Assembly: GCF_029227855.1 (NCBI RefSeq)
Contig: NZ_CP074356.1
DNA: 64,000 nucleotides
Reading direction: 5' to 3' (one strand)
Source of the DNA: Escherichia coli
GTDB taxonomy: Bacteria; Pseudomonadota; Gammaproteobacteria; Enterobacterales; Enterobacteriaceae
Below the pieces are notes generated by a model. The model was not told the origin of the DNA. It was given only the letters and a program-made list of their open reading frames with translations, and did no database searches. The position numbers and the translations under genes are program-made. This document shows positions 49,810 to 59,652 of the stretch, one piece after another. Position 1 is the first letter of the stretch; each line of letters opens with the position of its first letter.

Positions 49810-52281
49810 ATGCCAACACCAACCCTCATCAAAACACTCGCCACTCACCGCGAAAAACCGTTCGTCAGCGTCGTCACGCCCACATGGAACCGTAGCGCAT
49901 TCCTGCCGTACCTGCTCTATATGTACCGCTATCAGGATTACCCGGCAGACCGCCGCGAACTGGTCATCCTCGACGACTCGCCGCAAAGCCATCAACACAT
50001 CATCGACCGCCTGACCAATGGCACACCGGAAGCCTTTAACATCCGCTATATTCATCACCCGGAAAAACTGCCACTGGGCAAAAAACGCAACATGCTCAAC
50101 GAACTGGCGAGCGGCGAATACATCCTCTGCATGGACGATGACGACTACTACCCGGCAGATAAAATCTCTTACGCCATCGCCATGATGCAAAAACACCGGG
50201 CGCTCATCTCCGGTTCCGACCAGATCCCCATCTGGTACAGCCACATCAATCGCATCTTCCAAAGCCGCAGCTTTGGCTCACATAACATCCTCAACGGCAC
50301 CTTTTGCTATCACCGTAACTACCTGAAAAAGCACCGTTACGACGATGATTGTAATTTAGGCGAAGAGAAAAGTTTCACCAACAATTTCAGCGTTAACCCG
50401 CTACAACTGCCCGGCGAGCGCACGATTCTGTGTATCTCGCACAGTCACAACACCTTTGATAAAGATTTTATTCTCGGGGCTAGCACGCCAGTAAACGCGG
50501 CGCTTACGGATATCGTCCGCGATCCGCTGCTGCGCAATGCTTATCTGAGTCTGCATAACGCCACTCATCACCAGGCGATCGATCAGGTCGTACTGATCAA
50601 TCTGGATAAACGCCCGGATCGCTTACAGCAGATCCGTGAAGAACTCACATTGCTGTATATTCCGCCTGAGAAGATCACCCGCCTTGCCGCCAGTGAAAAT
50701 GAAAACGGTCAACGGGGTCGCCGCCAGTCACACTTGCAGGCGCTGCGCCTGGCGCAACAGCACGGCTGGCAAAACTACCTGCTGCTGGAAGATGACGCAG
50801 TTATTCTCAAGCAGGAGAAACATATTCAGGTACTGAACACGCTGCTCGCGAGCCTGGCGAAAATTCCCTGGCAGGTGATGATCCTTGGCGGCGAAATTTC
50901 GCAGGGAACGATGCTAAAAAGTTTGCCGGGGCTGGTGCACGCGCGGGACTGCCGCAAAGTGTGCGCTTATCTGGTGAACAGTCGCTACTACCCGCAACTG
51001 GCGCAGCAGATGAGCCACAATGAACACTCGCTGGAAGACGGCTGGCAGCCGCTGCTACGCGCCGACAAATGGCTGGCCTGTTACCCGAGCCTTAGTTATC
51101 AGCGACCGGGCTTTAGTGATATCGAGAAAAAAGTGACCGACAACATTGCTCACTATTTCAATAAGTTACCCGTTATCACAAAGCCATCCGCATTACCCAT
51201 CGCCGACACCATCGGCTTTTTTATGGAAACCTCCTTCCACTACGCGCTCTACCGCCCAATCATCACTGCTCTACAGGTGCAGGGGCAGAGCTGCACGCTG
51301 GTGATCAATGACCGCGTGTTTAAACCGTTTCTTGATGAGATGCTGGAAACACTGAAAAACATCGACGATCCGCAGCTTAAAGGAATGCGCTTATCTGAAA
51401 TGCAGGCACACGGTCAGCGGGTGAAATGCCTGGTCAGCCCCTACCACACGCCCGCGCTCAATGGCCTGGCAGCGGTGAACGTTCGCGCCATGTACGGCTT
51501 AGCCAAAGAGACGTGGAACCACGCCGACTGGAACCGTTTTTATCAACGCATTTTGTGTTACAGCCACTACAGCCAGCGGGCGCTGGCGCATTTCGGCAAT
51601 GCAAAAGCAGTCGGCAACCCGCGCTTCGACGCCTGGCATAACGGCACGTTTGCCCGCACTCTGCCGGAAAATATTCAACCCGATTCCCGTAAACCTACGG
51701 TGCTCTATGCCCCCACGTTTGGCGCATTAAGCTCCCTGCCCCACTGGGCAGAAAAATTAGGCCGCTTAAGTGGCAATGTGAATCTGATTTGCAAACTGCA
51801 CCACGGCACCTGCTCGCGCCCGGAAGAAGCGGCATCGCTGGCCCTGGCGCGCAGGCATTTAAAACAGCGCACCGACTCCGCCCGCCACACGCTGGCGCTG
51901 CTGGCAAAGGCCGATTACGTGCTGACCGATAACAGCGGCTTTATTTTCGATGCTATTCACGTTGATAAGCGGGTGATCCTGCTCGACTTTCCGGGCATGG
52001 CAGCGTTGCTCGACGGTGAGAAAAGTTACTCCACGCCGGAGAGCGCCGATCAGCAAATCCGCGAAATATTGCCGGTGGCTCATGATATGGCAGAGTTGCG
52101 TTACTTGTTGTCAGAGGCGTTTGACTGGGGGGCGGTGCAGGCGCGGCTTACGAAGATTCGCCATCACTATTGCGATGCGTTTATGGATGGCAAAGCGGGA
52201 GAACGGGCGGCGATGGTGATTGTGGAGGCGCTGGCGGACAAGGAATCGTCAGGGATATGTCGATATAATTCGATTTTTTAA
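49810..52281 (+). CDS. Multidomain glycosyltransferase: GT2 domain, GT25-like domain, and C-terminal CDP-glycerol glycerophosphotransferase (TagB/TagF-like) domain
   Basis: GT-A signature VSVVTPTWNR...ILDDSP with a DDDDYY acidic motif; middle LINLDKRPDRL; C-terminal VLYAPTFG (TagF-type YAPT motif); track ORF starts at 49744 inside the GC-rich repeat. Confidence 0.65.
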   Translation: MPTPTLIKTLATHREKPFVSVVTPTWNRSAFLPYLLYMYRYQDYPADRRELVILDDSPQSHQHIIDRLTNGTPEAFNIRYIHHPEKLPLGKKRNMLNELASGEYILCMDDDDYYPADKISYAIAMMQKHRALISGSDQIPIWYSHINRIFQSRSFGSHNILNGTFCYHRNYLKKHRYDDDCNLGEEKSFTNNFSVNPLQLPGERTILCISHSHNTFDKDFILGASTPVNAALTDIVRDPLLRNAYLSLHNATHHQAIDQVVLINLDKRPDRLQQIREELTLLYIPPEKITRLAASENENGQRGRRQSHLQALRLAQQHGWQNYLLLEDDAVILKQEKHIQVLNTLLASLAKIPWQVMILGGEISQGTMLKSLPGLVHARDCRKVCAYLVNSRYYPQLAQQMSHNEHSLEDGWQPLLRADKWLACYPSLSYQRPGFSDIEKKVTDNIAHYFNKLPVITKPSALPIADTIGFFMETSFHYALYRPIITALQVQGQSCTLVINDRVFKPFLDEMLETLKNIDDPQLKGMRLSEMQAHGQRVKCLVSPYHTPALNGLAAVNVRAMYGLAKETWNHADWNRFYQRILCYSHYSQRALAHFGNAKAVGNPRFDAWHNGTFARTLPENIQPDSRKPTVLYAPTFGALSSLPHWAEKLGRLSGNVNLICKLHHGTCSRPEEAASLALARRHLKQRTDSARHTLALLAKADYVLTDNSGFIFDAIHVDKRVILLDFPGMAALLDGEKSYSTPESADQQIREILPVAHDMAELRYLLSEAFDWGAVQARLTKIRHHYCDAFMDGKAGERAAMVIVEALADKESSGICRYNSIF

Positions 52282-52355
52282 ACATGTCGTTGGAATACGT
52301 TTATGCCATCGACATGTTTTAGGGATATGTCGAAAAAACGCGATTTTTTAAACAT
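52251..52355. repeat. Two 35-nt direct repeats flanking a hairpin at the 3' end of the glycosyltransferase gene
   Basis: AGGGATATGTCGA...CGATTTTTTAAACAT at 52251-52285 and 52321-52355; between them the inverted repeat AAACATGTCG...CGACATGTTT. Confidence 0.5.
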
Positions 52356-52410
52356 ATTTAACATAGCCAAACGGCAGACGGCATCATCTTCTCTCACCGC
52401 GGGAATTAAA

Positions 52411-52815
52411 TCAGTAGGTGGCTGATTTACCCCTAATCACCTCAATGATCCCCGTCGTCGATACCGATGGCGTACGGGGAAAATAGACCACCTCACAGAC
52501 ACACGAGAAATCGTCAAACTTCCCCGCCCAGTCATCGCCCATCACCAAAATATCCGCACCGTACCCCCGCAAATACTCCGCTTTCTGCTCCAGCGATTCC
52601 TCCAGAAATACGCCCTCCACGCACGCCAGCCCGGCGATAATCGCCATGCGGTCATCCTGATGGTAAACCGGTGCCCTGCCCTTTTTGGCGATGTTCAAGG
52701 CATCGGACGATACGCCGACCAGCAACCGTTCGCCCAGCGTGCGGGCGCGTTGTAAAAGGCGCAGATGACCGACGTGAAACACATCAAAGGTGCCGAAGGT
52801 GATGACCGTTTTCAT
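52411..52815 (-). CDS. Glycerol-3-phosphate cytidylyltransferase-like protein (TagD family)
   Basis: 134 aa; HxGH nucleotidyltransferase motif FGTFDVFHVGH; directly downstream of lfiJ on the same strand. Confidence 0.7.
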   Translation of the reverse strand: MKTVITFGTFDVFHVGHLRLLQRARTLGERLLVGVSSDALNIAKKGRAPVYHQDDRMAIIAGLACVEGVFLEESLEQKAEYLRGYGADILVMGDDWAGKFDDFSCVCEVVYFPRTPSVSTTGIIEVIRGKSATY

Positions 52816-52817
52816 CG

Positions 52818-53252
52818 CTACTCCGCTAATTTATGCCGTAGCCAGCACTGAACGGCAATGTCATCCACCGCTTTTTGCGCTTTCGCCGTGGCGCTTTCCT
52901 GCTGCTCGCGGCGTTTGTCGTCCAGCGTCAGGACCACCACTTTCTCTTCGCACGCCGCCGCCGTCAGGTTTTTCTGCATTCGCGTGGCTTTGATGTTAGC
53001 CAGCGTTTTTTCCTGTTCCTGCCAGGCGATCACCTTGCGCAGGGTGCCTTTGTAGCCGCTGACGTTTTTCAGTGATTCCACCGACGCCGCCGCGCCCGCA
53101 GACGTTTTCTCTACCAGGTAGCCTAACGCCTTGATATTGTTGTCATAGCCCGCGCAGATCTGTTTTTGCTTTGCCAGCTCGACAGTTTTGTCTTTGACCG
53201 ATTTATCCCGCAGGCGCTGCAACTGCGCCAGGGTGTCGATGATTTGTCGCAT
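52818..53252 (-). CDS. lfiJ: Flagellar export protein (FliJ-like)
   Basis: 144 aa coiled-coil protein after the FliI-like ATPase. Confidence 0.7.
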   Translation of the reverse strand: MRQIIDTLAQLQRLRDKSVKDKTVELAKQKQICAGYDNNIKALGYLVEKTSAGAAASVESLKNVSGYKGTLRKVIAWQEQEKTLANIKATRMQKNLTAAACEEKVVVLTLDDKRREQQESATAKAQKAVDDIAVQCWLRHKLAE

Positions 53253-53254
53253 GG

Positions 53255-54592
53255 TTACTGTTCTGCCTTTTTGGCACCAGGAAAGAGGATTTGCAGGCGG
53301 CTTTGCACCAGTTCCAGGGAGGCGGGTTCGCGCATCTCCTGGCGCAAAAATCGCTCGATAGCCGGGAACATTTTTACCGCTTTGTCGACGCTGGCGTCGG
53401 CACCTGCCACGTAGCCGCCGAGCGGGATCAGCGGTTTGATCTCCATATACGCGGCGTAGTTTTGCTTTAACGCACGGGCGGATTGCTGATGTTCCAGGCT
53501 GGTCACCTGATTCATGCAGCGGCTGATCGACTGGCCGATATCAATGGCCGGATAGTGCCCCGCTTCCGCCAGTTTGCGGGTTAATACGATATGCCCGTCC
53601 AGCACCGCACGGGCGCAGTCGACAATCGGATCTTGCTGGTCGTCGCCTTCCGCCAGCACGGTGTAGATTGCGGTCATCGATCCCGTGCTTTCGTTGTTGC
53701 CTGCGCTTTCGACCAGCTTGGGGATCATGCCGAATGCCGATGGCGGATAACCTTTGGTGGCGGGCGGTTCGCCGAGCGAGAGGGCAATTTCCCGCTGCGC
53801 CATCGCGTAGCGGGTCAGGGAATCCACCAGCAGTAAAACGTGATGCCCACGGTCGCGAAACCAGGCGGCGATGGAGTGGCACAGTTCGGTGGCTTTCAGG
53901 CGCATCAGCGGCGATTCATCGGCGGGCGCGACAACAACGATAGACTTTGCCAGCCCGTCCGCGCCCAGCGAGTGGTCGATAAACTCTTTCACTTCGCGCC
54001 CGCGTTCGCCAATCAGCCCGACCACCACAATGCCGGCTTTGGTCTGGCGGGTGATCATCCCCAGCAGCACGCTTTTCCCGACGCCACTGCCCGCCATCAG
54101 CCCGACGCGCTGGCCTTTGCCGATGGTCAGTAGGCCGTTGATCGCTTTCACGCCCACGTCCAGCGGTTCGTCCACTGAACGGCGGGTTAAGGGATTAACC
54201 GAGGGCGGTAGCGGCGGCAGAAGGTCGTTGCCGTTCAGGCGGCCTTTGCCATCCAGCGGTTCGCCGAGGCCATTCACCACGCGGCCTAACCAGCTTTCGC
54301 CAATCAGGATGTCGTGGGCTTTTTCTTCCGGGAAGACGCGCGCCCCCGCCATCAGGCCGACCGGCTGTTTAAAGGGCATTAAGTAGGTGATATCGCGATT
54401 AAAGCCCACGGCCTGCGCGTCGATAAGCGTGTGATTGGCGCTTTCGATGCGGCACAGCTGCCCGGTCATTAGCGGGCAGCCGACACTCTCCAGCAGGATG
54501 CCGTTTAGGCGCACCAGCCGCCCGGCGACGCGGGCCAGCGGGATCGACTCCAGCGAGCGCAGCGCGTTATCGAAAGCGGAAAAATCACTCAC
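53255..54592 (-). CDS. lfiI: Flagellum-specific ATPase (FliI-like)
   Basis: 445 aa; Walker A GSGVGKS; F1-ATPase-like fold. Confidence 0.9.
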   Translation of the reverse strand: MSDFSAFDNALRSLESIPLARVAGRLVRLNGILLESVGCPLMTGQLCRIESANHTLIDAQAVGFNRDITYLMPFKQPVGLMAGARVFPEEKAHDILIGESWLGRVVNGLGEPLDGKGRLNGNDLLPPLPPSVNPLTRRSVDEPLDVGVKAINGLLTIGKGQRVGLMAGSGVGKSVLLGMITRQTKAGIVVVGLIGERGREVKEFIDHSLGADGLAKSIVVVAPADESPLMRLKATELCHSIAAWFRDRGHHVLLLVDSLTRYAMAQREIALSLGEPPATKGYPPSAFGMIPKLVESAGNNESTGSMTAIYTVLAEGDDQQDPIVDCARAVLDGHIVLTRKLAEAGHYPAIDIGQSISRCMNQVTSLEHQQSARALKQNYAAYMEIKPLIPLGGYVAGADASVDKAVKMFPAIERFLRQEMREPASLELVQSRLQILFPGAKKAEQ

Positions 54593-55295
54593 CCTGAGAC
54601 TCCGGCGTTAGGGTTTCTTTCAGTGCGGTCATGCACTGTTCCAGGCGATGCTCGCAGCCGATATCCAGTTCTGATTTATCAGTGATCACCCGGCATTCCC
54701 CCGGCGGCAGATCCGGCGAAGGCGTCAGCCCCCATTCACTGACCTTTTCCGGCACCGCGTCGCGCAGGCGGTTAAATTCTTCCGTGCTCAGCATTACTTG
54801 CAGGGTCTCCGGCATCGCCGGGAAGGCCGCCAGTGCCTCTTCCACCAGCGCCAGCAACTGCGTCGGTTGCAGCGCCAGTTCGCAGCGGATCACCTGGCGG
54901 GTGACTTTTTCCACCAGTTGCAACAAATCTTCCCGCTGTTTACGTTCGATATGGGCGAGGAAGTCGTTCACTTTTCCGGTGATGGCTTCCAGCGGCTGCG
55001 CCGCCTCAACAAACTGTTTGCGCCCTTCATGCTGCCCGGCGAGGCTGCCTTCGGTGTAACCCTGGCGTCGCCCCTCGGCAAAACCTTGCTGATGACCTTC
55101 GCTAAAGCCCTGCTCCTGACCTTCGGTCATTCCCTGAGCAAAGCCTTTTTGCAGCCCTTCCTGAAAACCGTCCATCAACTGGCGCTGGTAATCGGCGGCG
55201 CTGATGCTGGCGGTGAGCGGTTCTCCGGTCACCGCACGCTGGCGCGGCGGGAAACGATGCAGGCGATAGCGCCCGCGCAGTGTTTCAATGGTCAT
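54585..55295 (-). CDS. lfiH: Flagellar assembly protein (FliH-like)
   Basis: 236 aa; overlaps the lfiI start. Confidence 0.7.
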   Translation of the reverse strand: MTIETLRGRYRLHRFPPRQRAVTGEPLTASISAADYQRQLMDGFQEGLQKGFAQGMTEGQEQGFSEGHQQGFAEGRRQGYTEGSLAGQHEGRKQFVEAAQPLEAITGKVNDFLAHIERKQREDLLQLVEKVTRQVIRCELALQPTQLLALVEEALAAFPAMPETLQVMLSTEEFNRLRDAVPEKVSEWGLTPSPDLPPGECRVITDKSELDIGCEHRLEQCMTALKETLTPESQGE

Positions 55296-55298
55296 GGG

Positions 55299-56309
55299 TT
55301 ACTCCGCCGTCTGTTCCGCAAAGAGCTGTAGCTGAATTTCGCCCGCCTCTTCCAGTTCACGGGCGATGCCCATGATTTCGCGGCGGATCTGTTCGATACG
55401 GCTGACCGGTACCGGCCCCAGACGCGCGGTAATGGCTTCCAGTTGCTGCGCCTGACGTTTTGGCATTACCGCGTAAATCGAGCGGCGCAGCAGGGCTTCG
55501 GTGCCTTTCAGCGCCACCGCCCAGTCTTCCATCGGCACTTCGTCAAGCAGACGTCGACGCACCTCTTCGTTCTGGCGGCTGAGGATAAAGAAGTCGTACA
55601 TCTCATCCTGAAGCTGCTCCAGCACCTCTTCGTCGCGCTCGCGCATCTGGTCGAGGATCACCTGCTGGTTGCCCTGGAAGCGGTTGACGATATCCGCCGC
55701 CTGTTTGATGCCTTTCACCTTCGAGCCGTGTTCCGAAAGCACCGACAGGCCGCGTTCGATCAGCCTGTCCAGTTCATCCACCACGTCGCGGTTGACGTCG
55801 TTGAGTTTCGCCACCCGATAGAGAATTTCGTTTTGCACCGATTCATTGAGATACGAGAGCACCGCCGCCGAGATTTCCGGCGTCAGAAACGCGAGGAACA
55901 CCGCCTGCAATTGCAGATGCTCTTCGGAAATCAGCATCGCTAACTGGCGCGGTTCCACCCATTGCAGGCGCGCCATCCGCGAGCGGATCTCATCGCCGTA
56001 GATGCCATTGATCACGCTGCTGGCGATCTCGGTGCCGAGGGCTTTGTTAAGAATGCCCTGCAACATGGATCGCGATGCGCCGTTGATCCCGCTCTGTTCG
56101 CGGAACTCGTCAAAGAAGTTATTGATCACTTTGCGCGCCATGCTGGTTTTAACGCCGGAAAGCCGCGCCATGTTTTCGCTCAGGCGCACCACTTCTTCGC
56201 GGCTGAGTTTTTGCATCACCGTCGCCGCCGCTTCTTCGCCAAGGCACAGCAGCAGGATCGCCGCCTGTTCCAGGTAGCTGTTGCTCTTATTTGTTGTCAA
56301 TTCGCTCAT
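55299..56309 (-). CDS. lfiG: Flagellar motor switch protein (FliG-like)
   Basis: 336 aa; FliG middle and C-terminal domains. Confidence 0.85.
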   Translation of the reverse strand: MSELTTNKSNSYLEQAAILLLCLGEEAAATVMQKLSREEVVRLSENMARLSGVKTSMARKVINNFFDEFREQSGINGASRSMLQGILNKALGTEIASSVINGIYGDEIRSRMARLQWVEPRQLAMLISEEHLQLQAVFLAFLTPEISAAVLSYLNESVQNEILYRVAKLNDVNRDVVDELDRLIERGLSVLSEHGSKVKGIKQAADIVNRFQGNQQVILDQMRERDEEVLEQLQDEMYDFFILSRQNEEVRRRLLDEVPMEDWAVALKGTEALLRRSIYAVMPKRQAQQLEAITARLGPVPVSRIEQIRREIMGIARELEEAGEIQLQLFAEQTAE

Positions 56310-57933
56310 TGCTGGTGATCCATTGTCTGAGAACTTCGGCTACGCGATCGGTGTCGCTCATGGCCAGTTTTTGCAGGAACTCGAGTTTCACTTCGAGGCC
56401 GGAACTCTGGGACGGCAGGCTGTCATCGCCGGGCAGCGACGGCAGGTCGACGTTTTTGCGCTCCTCTTCCGGCATGGCAATCCACGGTTCGCTGACAGCT
56501 TCCGGTTCTGGTGTGATAACCGGCGCACGCACCGCCGTCAGGCGTTTCATTACCGGGCGCACCACAAAGAACAGCAACAACAGCGCCAGCAGGCCGCAGC
56601 CAATCAGGCGTACCCAGGCCAGCACGCTGTCATCTTTCCACAGCGGAATAATTGGTTCGACCGGCACCGCCTGCGGGACAAAGTTAAGCAGCGATAAGGT
56701 GAGATTGTCACCGCGCTGGACGTCGATCCCGGCGGCATTGTTCAGCAACGCGGTCAGTTGCGCAGTCTGCTCCGGCTTCCAGTTTTTCAGCGCCGGGGCG
56801 TTTTGATTGAGCACCACCGCCACGTTGAGGCGTTTCACCGCAAAACCAGGATGCTGAATATGCTGGACGCTGCGGTCGTAAGAGTAATCGCGCTTGCTTT
56901 CGCTGTGTTTGGATAACGCTTCCGGTGAGCGGTTTTCTTCCGTACCGTTGGTCATCTGATTCGCCGCAACTGGCGGACGGTTGCTGAGTGAACCGGGCAC
57001 GCCCATCGCCACCTGATTGGTGTCGCTGTCCAGCACGCTCTCTTCGCGGTTGATTTTCGGCGCGTCGCCGTAGTGTTCCTGGGTTTCGTCGATGGTACTG
57101 AGGTCGAGATCCGGCATCACGCTGACGCGGTAATTCCCCGTACCAACCAGCGAATCCAGCACGTTCGCCACGCTGGCGCGGGTTTTGTCCTGAATATCTT
57201 TGAGGATCTGATCGCGTTTACGGGTTGCGGCAGAAACCGCCTCGCCTGCGCCAATGCCGTCGGTCAGCAGATTTCCCGCCTGATCGACGACGCTGACTTT
57301 GCTGGCCTGTAGCCCCGGAATACTGCCGGACACCAGATGCATAATGGCGTTGACCTGGTCCATATTCAGCTTCGCGCCATAGTGCAGGCGCACCACTACC
57401 GAGGCGCTGTTTTGTGGCTCATCGCTGACCACAAACGAGCTTTCTTCGTTGAGCGCCAGATGCACCCGTGCGCTCTCCACCGCGTCCAGCGACATAATGC
57501 TCTGCGCCAGCTCCCCTTCGAGGCTGCGTTTGTAGCGCACGTTCTGCACGAACTGGCTGCTGCCGAGCACTTCGTCTTTGTCCATCAGCTCGTAGCCGCT
57601 GGGCAATATCGCCTGCACACCTTTGGCGGCAAGGGTCATGCGCGTTTTCGACAGTTCACCTTCCGGCACCAGTATCTGCCCGCTCTGCGGGTCGATGCGA
57701 TAGCTGAGCTTTTCGCCGTCCAGCACGGTGACAATCTGCGACACGGGCAGATTTTCCTGGCGTCCGTAGAGCGAGACGTAGCCGCGATTACCGGTCCACA
57801 GCACACTAACGATAATCGCCGTTGCCGCCACGGCAAGCCCCACTCCCGCCATCAACGCCCAGCGTTTGTTATCTGCGAGGCGCAGTCGAAACGCCGGAAA
57901 CGCCTGGGTTAACTTCTTTATTTGTGCATTCAT
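56287..57933 (-). CDS. lfiF: Flagellar MS-ring protein (FliF-like)
   Basis: 548 aa; two TM segments flanking a large periplasmic region. Confidence 0.85.
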   Translation of the reverse strand: MNAQIKKLTQAFPAFRLRLADNKRWALMAGVGLAVAATAIIVSVLWTGNRGYVSLYGRQENLPVSQIVTVLDGEKLSYRIDPQSGQILVPEGELSKTRMTLAAKGVQAILPSGYELMDKDEVLGSSQFVQNVRYKRSLEGELAQSIMSLDAVESARVHLALNEESSFVVSDEPQNSASVVVRLHYGAKLNMDQVNAIMHLVSGSIPGLQASKVSVVDQAGNLLTDGIGAGEAVSAATRKRDQILKDIQDKTRASVANVLDSLVGTGNYRVSVMPDLDLSTIDETQEHYGDAPKINREESVLDSDTNQVAMGVPGSLSNRPPVAANQMTNGTEENRSPEALSKHSESKRDYSYDRSVQHIQHPGFAVKRLNVAVVLNQNAPALKNWKPEQTAQLTALLNNAAGIDVQRGDNLTLSLLNFVPQAVPVEPIIPLWKDDSVLAWVRLIGCGLLALLLLFFVVRPVMKRLTAVRAPVITPEPEAVSEPWIAMPEEERKNVDLPSLPGDDSLPSQSSGLEVKLEFLQKLAMSDTDRVAEVLRQWITSNERIDNK

Positions 57934-57937
57934 AGGG

Positions 57938-58279
57938 TTAGATCGACATACTCATCAGATCGTTAAATCCGGTGGCGATTTTGTTGCGCACCTGCACCAG
58001 CGCGGAGAACGAGAGCGACGCCTGCTGGCTGGCGATCATCGCACCTGCCAGGTCATCACTTTTGCCCGTGTCGACAGCCGTTTGCTGCTGCTCTGCCACC
58101 TGCTGGAACTGGTCTACGTGACCGAGCGCGCCACTCATAATGCGGTTAAACGAAACGTCAGGATTGGTGGAACTGAAGGTCATGGCGGGCAGCACCGGCG
58201 CCTGGGCGTTGGCCTGCATCCGCTGCACGTCCTGCATGATTTGCGCCTGCATGGTGCTGTTGATTGTGGTAATGCTCAT
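57938..58279 (-). CDS. lfiE: Flagellar hook-basal body protein (FliE-like)
   Basis: 113 aa; first gene after the regulator. Confidence 0.75.
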   Translation of the reverse strand: MSITTINSTMQAQIMQDVQRMQANAQAPVLPAMTFSSTNPDVSFNRIMSGALGHVDQFQQVAEQQQTAVDTGKSDDLAGAMIASQQASLSFSALVQVRNKIATGFNDLMSMSI

Positions 58280-58293
58280 TTTTAACTTCCGGG

Positions 58294-59280
58294 TCAGGAG
58301 AAAACTTCGATACCTTGCTTGCGCATGGAGGCCAGTCGATAGCGCAGTGCGCGCGGGGTAATGCCTAACAGGTTGGCGATTTTGCTGCGGTTGCCCTGAT
58401 ATTTACGCATCAGGTCGGCGATATATTGATATTGCGCGCTTCGTCCGTGCTGGCCTAAATCGCAGGTTTCAGCAATGTGGACGGCGGGCTGAACAGGCCA
58501 TTGCAGTTCGCTGCGGTCGGCAACGTCCGTTTCCGGCAGGCCTAAGGCGTCCGGGTAAATTACGCCGTCGCGGTTTAAAATCATTCCCCGCTGAATGGCG
58601 TTCTCCAGCTGGCGCACGTTGCCGGGCCAGCGGTAATTGAGCAGCGCCCGGCGGGTAGATTCTGAAAGGGTGATATTTTTCACCAGCACCGTGGAGTATT
58701 TTTTAATAAATGACTCTGCCAGCGGAATAATATCGTTCAGACGTTCACGCAGCGGCGGCATGGTAATAGGGATTACCGCAAGACGATAATAGAGATCTTC
58801 ACGAAAACGCCCTTCGGCGACTTCCTGCTCAAGGTTTTTATTGGTACAGGCAATCAGGCGAAAATTGAGTTTAATTTGTCGGTTGCTGCCTAATCGCTCA
58901 ACCTGCTGTTCCTGCAATACGCGTAATATTTTGACCTGTAGCGCCAGCGGCATATCGCCAATTTCATCGAGCAATAAGGAGCCGTTATTCGCCAGTTCCA
59001 TTTTTCCTGGCACGCTGGCAATTGCGCCGGTAAATGCACCTTTGTCGTAGCCAAATAAGGTAGATTCCAGCATATTTTCCGGGATCGCCGCGCAGTTCAC
59101 GCCGACATAGGGTGCGCTTTCATTTTCACCAAAGGCTACGGTGTGAATATATTTTGCCACGCACTCTTTGCCCGCGCCGGTTTCGCCCTGAATGAGCACC
59201 GGCACGTTAAAGGCGGCGACACGCTTTGCCAGAGTAAAAGCGTTAATGCTGGAAGCGGCAGTTGCAATAAGTTCAGACAT
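58294..59280 (-). CDS. lafK: Sigma-54-dependent transcriptional activator (AAA+ domain plus C-terminal HTH; no receiver domain in the called ORF)
   Basis: Walker A GETGAGKE, GAFTGA motif, C-terminal Fis-type HTH; the ORF starts directly at the AAA+ domain. Confidence 0.8.
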   Translation of the reverse strand: MSELIATAASSINAFTLAKRVAAFNVPVLIQGETGAGKECVAKYIHTVAFGENESAPYVGVNCAAIPENMLESTLFGYDKGAFTGAIASVPGKMELANNGSLLLDEIGDMPLALQVKILRVLQEQQVERLGSNRQIKLNFRLIACTNKNLEQEVAEGRFREDLYYRLAVIPITMPPLRERLNDIIPLAESFIKKYSTVLVKNITLSESTRRALLNYRWPGNVRQLENAIQRGMILNRDGVIYPDALGLPETDVADRSELQWPVQPAVHIAETCDLGQHGRSAQYQYIADLMRKYQGNRSKIANLLGITPRALRYRLASMRKQGIEVFS

Positions 59281-59433
59281 AGGGTGAACGATATAAGTAG
59301 CGACAGAAAACAGGATGTTCTGAAGCGTATCACCGGCGGGATTAACAAGTTCGAATTAAACGATAATAAAAATATTATTTGATGGTAAACAATGAGTTAG
59401 ATATTAATACTGTTAATTGCGACATCTGTGATG

Positions 59434-59472
59434 CCCCCTCACCCTAACCCTCTCCCCGGATGGGGCTAGGGG
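59434..59472. repeat. GC-rich imperfect palindrome (CCCCCTCACCCTAACCCTCTCCCC..GGGGCTAGGGG)
   Basis: Inverted copy of the motif at 49721-49751, in the lafK-lfiM divergent intergenic region. Confidence 0.4.
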
Positions 59473-59652
59473 ACAGACCGCAGACTGATTGGCGAAAATC
59501 ACTCCCATTAAGCAATTAATCGATTAATTATTTTTTCATCCTATTAATAATTTGCCCCTTTCACTCCCCCTCTATTTAATACCTCACCTTGTGTCACTGC
59601 CGGATTTGCGTGCACAAAATCGCCCATACCATTACAGCAGAGAAAGTAAGCC

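Noticed and set aside
59560-59652. Sigma-54 promoter upstream of lfiM (TGTCAC..TTTGC)
   Set aside because: The GG of the -24 element is not conserved and the spacing is 2-3 nt off the consensus.
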